NCBI GenBank assembly: GCA_044222065.1
Contig: JBGAOA010000047.1
Coordinates: forward strand, 1 to 32,240
DNA: 32,240 bases
DNA from: Candidatus Eiseniibacteriota bacterium
GTDB taxonomy: Bacteria > Eisenbacteria > RBG-16-71-46
Direction: 5' to 3'
Shown: piece after piece, positions 27,285 through 32,240 of the stretch
How positions within the stretch are numbered: position 1 is the stretch's first letter
How the letters are laid out: each line of letters opens with the position of its first letter
Made by a program: the position numbers and the translations under genes
Notes under the pieces: generated by a model
Databases searched by the model: none
What the model was told of the DNA's origin: nothing
The model's input: the letters and a program-made list of their open reading frames with translations, nothing else

Positions 27285-28718
27285 TTGAAGTTCCGTGTCG
27301 GGATCTTCGTCGCGGTCGCGGTCGCGATGGTCGCGCTCGCGGGGGTGGCGCTGGCGCGCAATCCGCATTGCGCCGGCGGGATTCAGTACGTGGTGGGGGG
27401 CTTGCGCGACAAGGAAAAGGGACTCACGGACGATTACCTGCGCCAGATGAACAAGGCCGTGCAGCAGCTCGAGCAGTGCGCCGGTGAAGACGGCGAGGAC
27501 TTCGAGGCGATCGGCTACCTGGGCTGGGCGTACGCCGAGCTCGACAGCGCCGGGCCCGCGGGCGCGGCGTTCCAGAAGGCGATCGACGGCCTGACCGCGA
27601 AGGGCGACAAGAAGAAGGTCGACGTCGCGACTCAGAACCGCGAGTCGTACTGGAGCCGCTACTTCAACGACGGCATCGCCAAGATCGGCGAGGCGCAGTC
27701 GCTGTACCCGGACTTCGCGCAGTCGCCGAAGGACGACGGCGAGAAGGTGCAGAAGGAAGAGGCCCAGAAGCGCTACGAGGCCGCGATGGTCGCGTTCACG
27801 CGCGCCTCGCTGCTCAAGCCGAACGATTCGCGCACGATGCGCAGCCTCGGCACGGTGTACTACCTCACCGGCGACTACGCCTCGGCGATGAAGACGTTCC
27901 AGGCCGGTCTCTCGGCGGCGCCGGGCGACACCGCGCTCCAGGAATCCATGAAGAGCACGGTGCAGCAGTACGCGAACAGCCTGCTCGAGGCGAAGAAGTA
28001 CGACGAGGCGATCGAGACGCTGCAGGACCTCATCAAGTCGGACGCGAACAACGCGGACCTCTACCTCGGCCTCGGCAGCGCGTACTTCAGCCGCGCGCAG
28101 GGCAAGGAAGGCGACGCGCGCAAGCCGGACTTCGTGCTCGCGGGCGACACCTACGCGAAGGCGGGCGCGCTGCGTCCCTCCGACGCGGACCTCACGTTCA
28201 ACGCGGCGCTCGCGTACCAGAAGGGCGGCGCGCACGACAAGTCGGTCGGGCAGTGGCTCGAGACGCTGAAGCGCCGTCCCGACGACGCCGACGCGACGGC
28301 GGCGCTCGCCGAGTCCTACTCCGAACTCAAGCAGTGGGACGAGGCGGTGAAGGTGCTGCACACGGCGGTGCTCAAGACCCCGCAGGCGAGCCAGCTCCAC
28401 CGCCAGCTCGGCTCGGTGTACAGCAAGGCCGGAAACACGGCGAAGGCCACCGAAGAGCTGCTCATGTTCCTCTCGATGCGCGGCACGCCGGCACCGGATC
28501 CGGCGGCGACGGCGAAGGGCGCGAAGGCCGGTTCGGCCGCCGCGCAGACGCTCGCGAGCCAGGGCGCGCCCGACGCGGTGTACGCGTGGGAGGGAGACGG
28601 GCAGAAGTACCAGAGCTGGATGTACTGGTCGAAGAAGGTCGCCTTCCACTTCAACACCGAAGGCGCTCAGGCCGCGAAGACCGACTGGTCCACGACGGCC
28701 GCGGCCGCGAAGAAGTGA
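27285..28718 (+). CDS. Secreted tetratricopeptide-repeat protein
   Basis: TTG start after AAGGAGG, then a signal peptide. Multiple TPR-like repeats (LGWAYAEL, LGTVYYLTGDY, LGSAYF, LAESYSELKQWDEA, LGSVYSKAG). Confidence 0.8.
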   Translation: MKFRVGIFVAVAVAMVALAGVALARNPHCAGGIQYVVGGLRDKEKGLTDDYLRQMNKAVQQLEQCAGEDGEDFEAIGYLGWAYAELDSAGPAGAAFQKAIDGLTAKGDKKKVDVATQNRESYWSRYFNDGIAKIGEAQSLYPDFAQSPKDDGEKVQKEEAQKRYEAAMVAFTRASLLKPNDSRTMRSLGTVYYLTGDYASAMKTFQAGLSAAPGDTALQESMKSTVQQYANSLLEAKKYDEAIETLQDLIKSDANNADLYLGLGSAYFSRAQGKEGDARKPDFVLAGDTYAKAGALRPSDADLTFNAALAYQKGGAHDKSVGQWLETLKRRPDDADATAALAESYSELKQWDEAVKVLHTAVLKTPQASQLHRQLGSVYSKAGNTAKATEELLMFLSMRGTPAPDPAATAKGAKAGSAAAQTLASQGAPDAVYAWEGDGQKYQSWMYWSKKVAFHFNTEGAQAAKTDWSTTAAAAKK

Positions 28719-28788
28719 CGATGCGCGCGTGCGCCGCGCGGCCCGGCCGGGTCGCGCGGCGCCGCGCATTCGAGCGGAACGTCCGCGC

Positions 28789-29736
28789 GTGAATGCGATC
28801 CGCGAGGTCGCGGTCCTCGGGTTCGGACACCAGGGCGAGGCGCAGGCGCTGAACCTGCGCGACGCCGGCGTGCGCGTGGTGGTCGGCGCGCGACCCGGTC
28901 GCGCCGCCGAGGCGCGCGCCCGCGAGGCGGGCTTCGAGACGCGGTCTCCCGACGCGGCGGTGCGCGACGCGGACGTCGTCGCGATGCTGCTGCCCGACGA
29001 GGCGATGGCCGAGGCGTGGCCCGCGCTCGCAGCGGCCGCCGGGCGGACGCCGTCGCTCGTGTTCGCGCACGGCTTCGCGCTCCTCTATGCGGATCTCGCG
29101 CTCGAGCGTTTCGGAGACGTCGTCGTGGTGTCGCCCACCGCGCCCGGGCGCGTGCTCCGCGCGACCCGCGCCGCCGGCGGCACGTTGCCCGGCTACCTGG
29201 CGGTGCACCGTGATCGCAGCGGCGATGCGAGCGCGCTCGGCCGCGAGTACGCGGCGGCGATCGGGATCGCGCCGCTCGTGACGACGAGCGTGCGCGAGGA
29301 AACGGAAGTGGACCTCTTCGGCGAGCAGGTCGTGCTGTGCGGCGGCCTCCAGTCGCTCGTCGCCGCGGCGTTCGAGACGCTCGTCGCGCGCGGCTTCACG
29401 CCCGAGGTCGCCTATCTCGAGTGCGTCCACCAGCTCAAGTACCTCGCGGACCTGCTCCACGAGAAAGGGCCGGCCGAGTTTCGCGGCGGGATCAGCGGCA
29501 CCGCGCTCTACGGGGACCTCACTCGCGGACCGCGAGTGATCGGCGCCGAGTCGCGGGCGGAGATGGCCCGGATCCTCGACGAGATCCGGAGCGGACGATT
29601 CGCCGCGGAGTGGCGCGACGAGGTCCGGAAGGGGAAGCCGGTCACGCGCGCCGCGCTCGCGGCGGCGGAAGCGCACCCGATCGAGCGGGCCCGGCGCCGG
29701 GCTCTCGGAATTCCGGATGCCGATCCGGCGCGCTGA
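28789..29736 (+). CDS. ilvC: Ketol-acid reductoisomerase-like protein (short class I), atypical active site
   Basis: GFGHQGEAQALNLRDAG, LLPDE, FAHGF, ETEVDLFGEQVVLCGG, FETLV, AYLEC, TALYGD. The start is uncertain (GTG 28789 or 28729). Confidence 0.82.
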   Translation: MNAIREVAVLGFGHQGEAQALNLRDAGVRVVVGARPGRAAEARAREAGFETRSPDAAVRDADVVAMLLPDEAMAEAWPALAAAAGRTPSLVFAHGFALLYADLALERFGDVVVVSPTAPGRVLRATRAAGGTLPGYLAVHRDRSGDASALGREYAAAIGIAPLVTTSVREETEVDLFGEQVVLCGGLQSLVAAAFETLVARGFTPEVAYLECVHQLKYLADLLHEKGPAEFRGGISGTALYGDLTRGPRVIGAESRAEMARILDEIRSGRFAAEWRDEVRKGKPVTRAALAAAEAHPIERARRRALGIPDADPAR

Positions 29737-29813
29737 CCCGGCCGGATCGGGAGAGTGGACTCGCCCGGGTCCGAGCCGAGCCGGGTCGCGCCGAGCCCGC
29801 AGGCCGTTGTCCA

Positions 29814-29851
29814 AAAACGGATTGACACGTTTTCGCGGGCGCTGATAGCTT
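29814..29851 (+). promoter_or_regulatory. Sigma70-type promoter of the HU gene with overlapping inverted repeat
   Basis: TTGACA (29822)-N18-TAGCTT with TGn extension. AAAACG-N8-CGTTTT brackets the -35. Confidence 0.65.
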
Positions 29852-29923
29852 GGCCGCGCATCCAGCCGTTGCCTCCGGAAACTACCGAAGCCAGCCCGCT
29901 GGAGTGGCGTTGGGGAGAGTGCG

Positions 29924-30202
29924 ATGACCAAGGCAGATATCGTCGATCAGATCGCCGAACGTACGGGGCTCACGAAGAAGGACGTCGCCGAAACGGTGGA
30001 CTCCTTCCTCACGGCCGTGGCTCGCGCGCTCGCCAACGGGCACCACATCGAGATCCGCGGATTCGGAACGTTCCGCGTGAAGGATCGCAAGTCGCGGATC
30101 GCGCGCAACCCCCGCACGGGAGAGGCCGTTCCGGTGCCCCCGCGCAAGGTGCCGGTCTTCAAGGTCTCGAAGGAGCTCAAGGACATGGTCTCGCAGGGCT
30201 AG
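29924..30202 (+). CDS. HU/IHF family nucleoid DNA-binding protein
   Basis: MTKADIV...IEIRGFGTF...RIARNPRTGE...PVFKVSKELK. The IEIRGFG and RNPRTG motifs lean towards IHF-beta-like. Confidence 0.95.
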   Translation: MTKADIVDQIAERTGLTKKDVAETVDSFLTAVARALANGHHIEIRGFGTFRVKDRKSRIARNPRTGEAVPVPPRKVPVFKVSKELKDMVSQG

Positions 30203-30229
30203 CGCGCCCTCGATCGTCGTCCCGAAACG

Positions 30230-30268
30230 GAACCGGGGTGGGATTCGATCCCACCCCGGTTCGCTTTT
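30230..30268. terminator. Strong intrinsic terminator between convergent genes (probably bidirectional)
   Basis: Perfect 15-bp stem GAACCGGGGTGGGAT-TCG-ATCCCACCCCGGTTC, followed by GCTTTT. Confidence 0.8.
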
Positions 30269-30302
30269 CCGGTTTCGCTGGGGCCCGGCGGCCGCCGCGG
30301 AG

Positions 30303-30998
30303 TCAGTCGCGGCTGTTGCGCAGCACGATGAGTCGCAGCAGCTGGAGCGCCGCCATCGCCGCCGCCGCCACGTACGTGAGCGCCGCGGCATCGAGCACCT
30401 TCTTCGCGCCCGCGACCTCTTCGGGCGCGATCGCGCCGTGCGTCGTGAGCTGCGCGAGCGCGCGCTTCGAAGCGTCGAACTCGACCGGCAGCGTGATCAC
30501 GTGGAACAGCACCGCCGCCGAGAAGAACAGGATCCCGAGGTCCATCAGGATCGGCGAGAGCCCCGTGTGGAAGATGAAGCCGATGAAGAAGAGCGGCCAC
30601 GCCGCCATGCTCGCGAATCCGGCCACGGGGGCGATCGCCGAGCGCATCGCGAGCGGCACGTAGCCCTGGTGGTGCTGGAGCACGTGCCCGACCTCGTGCG
30701 CCGCCACGGCGATCGACGAGATCGAGTTGCCCGCCCCGATCGGCTCCGACAGCCGGACGGCCTTGGAGCGCGGGTCGTAGTGATCGCTCAGCACCCCTCC
30801 GACGCCCTCGATCTTCACGTCCGAGACGCCGTTGCGCTGCATGATCGCCGCCGCCATCTGCGCTCCGGTGAGCCCGCAGGCGGCGCGCACCTTCGACATC
30901 TGGCTGTAGGTGTGCTGGACCTTCCACTGCGCCCAGAAGGCGAAGATCATCGCCGGAATGAGGAAGATGATCGTGGGGTCGAAACCGAAGAAGGGCAT
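30303..30998 (-). CDS. YugP-like neutral zinc metallopeptidase, membrane-associated
   Basis: [18 protein letters not shown] (HEXXH), [21 protein letters not shown]. Confidence 0.92.
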   Translation of the reverse strand: MPFFGFDPTIIFLIPAMIFAFWAQWKVQHTYSQMSKVRAACGLTGAQMAAAIMQRNGVSDVKIEGVGGVLSDHYDPRSKAVRLSEPIGAGNSISSIAVAAHEVGHVLQHHQGYVPLAMRSAIAPVAGFASMAAWPLFFIGFIFHTGLSPILMDLGILFFSAAVLFHVITLPVEFDASKRALAQLTTHGAIAPEEVAGAKKVLDAAALTYVAAAAMAALQLLRLIVLRNSRD

Positions 30999-31223
30999 GG
31001 GGAGTTGGCTCCGTGGTGTCGCCGGGCTTCCCGGCGCGGGCGCCGTCTGTCGCGCCCGCCGTTACGATGGCATTGCTGCGATTTCGTGTGTTCGGAAGTC
31101 GTCAGACTAAGCGGCCGGACGATCCGGCGCACGCTCCGGCGGGCGTCGCTCGGCGGCGGGGCCGCGGCTCCCCTAGTATCGGCGCCCGACCCGCAGAACT
31201 TCGAGAGCCGGAGGCCCGTCGTC

Positions 31224-32240
31224 ATGAACGCACCCGTGGTGGACCTGCGCAGCGATACCGTCACCCGACCCACGCCCGCGATGCGGCGCGCGATCGCCGA
31301 AGCGGTCGTCGGCGACGACGTCTGGGGCGACGATCCGACGGTGAACGAACTCGAGCGGCGCGCCGCGTCGCTCACCGGACACGAAGCCGCGGTCTACGTG
31401 CCGAGCGGCACGATGGGCAACCAGATCGCCGTGAACGTCCACGTGCGGCCCGGCGAAGAGGTGCTGCTCGACCTCGACTCGCACCTCTTCCGCTACGAAC
31501 AGGGCGCCATGTCCGCGAACTCCGGGGCGCTCGCCCACACGATCGCGGCCGATCGCGGCGTGTTCCCGCTCGATGCGCTCGAAGGCGCGATCCGCGGCGA
31601 CGACGACCACGTCGCGCGCGTGCGTCTGCTGTGTCTCGAGAACACGCACAACCGCGGCGGCGGCGCGATCGTGCCGCTCGAGCGCTTCGACGCCCTGTGC
31701 GACTGGGCCCACGCGAAAGGCCTTCGCGTCCACCTCGACGGCGCGCGCCTCTGGAACGCGAGCGTTGCCTCGGGCGTGCCGATCGCGCGCTGGGCGTCGC
31801 GCGTGGACAGCCTGATGATGTGCTTCTCGAAGGGGCTCGGCGCGCCGGTCGGCTCGGTGCTCACGGGCGGCGCCGCGTTCGTGCGCGAAGCGCGCCGCAC
31901 GCGCAAGCGCTTCGGCGGCGGCATGCGCCAGGCGGGCGTGCTCGCCGCCGCGTGCCTGCACGCGCTCGACCACCACGTCGAGCGGCTCGCGGACGACCAC
32001 GCGCGCGCCCGTTCTCTGGGCGAAGCGCTCGCCGGGCTCCCGGGCGTGCGCGTCGTCCCGCCCGACACGAACATCCTCATCTTCCACACCGAGGCCCCGC
32101 TACCGGACGCCGCCGCCGTCGTCGCGAGCGCGCGCGATCGCGGCGTCTGGCTCGCGGAATTCGGCCCCCGCACCGTGCGCGCCGTCACGCACCTCGACGT
32201 GGACGATGCCGGGATTCGCCGCGCCGCCGAGGTCCTGCGC
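31224..32240 (+). CDS. ltaE: Low-specificity L-threonine aldolase (PLP), runs off the window end
   Basis: Translated by hand because it is absent from the ORF track: [74 protein letters not shown]. Confidence 0.92.
   Translation, partial: MNAPVVDLRSDTVTRPTPAMRRAIAEAVVGDDVWGDDPTVNELERRAASLTGHEAAVYVPSGTMGNQIAVNVHVRPGEEVLLDLDSHLFRYEQGAMSANSGALAHTIAADRGVFPLDALEGAIRGDDDHVARVRLLCLENTHNRGGGAIVPLERFDALCDWAHAKGLRVHLDGARLWNASVASGVPIARWASRVDSLMMCFSKGLGAPVGSVLTGGAAFVREARRTRKRFGGGMRQAGVLAAACLHALDHHVERLADDHARARSLGEALAGLPGVRVVPPDTNILIFHTEAPLPDAAAVVASARDRGVWLAEFGPRTVRAVTHLDVDDAGIRRAAEVLR

Noticed and set aside
30230..30262. tRNA T-arm-like GGATTCGATCCC (possible tRNA fragment or att site)
   Set aside because: It is fully explained as the loop of a perfect 15-bp terminator stem. 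There is no cloverleaf and no integrase nearby.
191..32188. Many long alternative-frame ORFs (for example 191..2488, 4089..6554, 6470..9937, 6658..9999, 10042..12546, 20927..23296, 24091..26385, 31173..32087)
   Set aside because: They are Arg/Ala/Pro-rich shadow frames overlapping well-supported genes, as expected from stop-codon scarcity at high GC, and carry no recognisable motifs.
1..32240. CRISPR arrays, IS elements, prophage or defence genes
   Set aside because: No regularly spaced repeats, transposase, integrase or phage-like genes were seen. Base composition looks uniform apart from the poly-G tract.

Overview
This is a very GC-rich bacterial chromosomal segment. It looks like an uncultured FCB-affiliated lineage such as Ca. 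Eisenbacteria, which is an inference only. It holds about 28 CDS and no rRNA, tRNA, CRISPR array or mobile element. In order, the genes are: an M32 carboxypeptidase and a secreted cyclophilin (apparently joined through a suspicious poly-G tract); a methyltransferase / double-YciI / penicillin-acylase / S9-peptidase cluster; an acyltransferase-3; a DtxR-family regulator-feoA-feoB-small Cys protein operon, divergent from SCO and PCuAC copper chaperones; a GT2 and a frameshifted NAD-epimerase; a secreted TolB-like/hydrazine-synthase-alpha-like CxxCH protein; cutA-tsaD; a signalling module; priA; an HD hydrolase, a TPR protein and an atypical ilvC; HU; a YugP-like Zn peptidase; and a truncated threonine aldolase. 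The most notable element is the signalling module at 19.95-24.2 kb. It comprises a REC-GGDDF cyclase-like gene, a GAF-pseudo-histidine-kinase-GAF-HD-GYP hybrid lacking the phosphoacceptor His, and a single-domain receiver. Two matching sigma28-type promoter motifs precede these genes, and the receiver gene has a ~290-nt leader with 14 GGA motifs, reminiscent of CsrA targets or sponges. Other leads are a DtxR homologue with a four-Cys tail, the HzsA-like heme protein and an IlvC with substituted active-site residues. Most long ORFs in the supplied track are GC-rich shadow frames.
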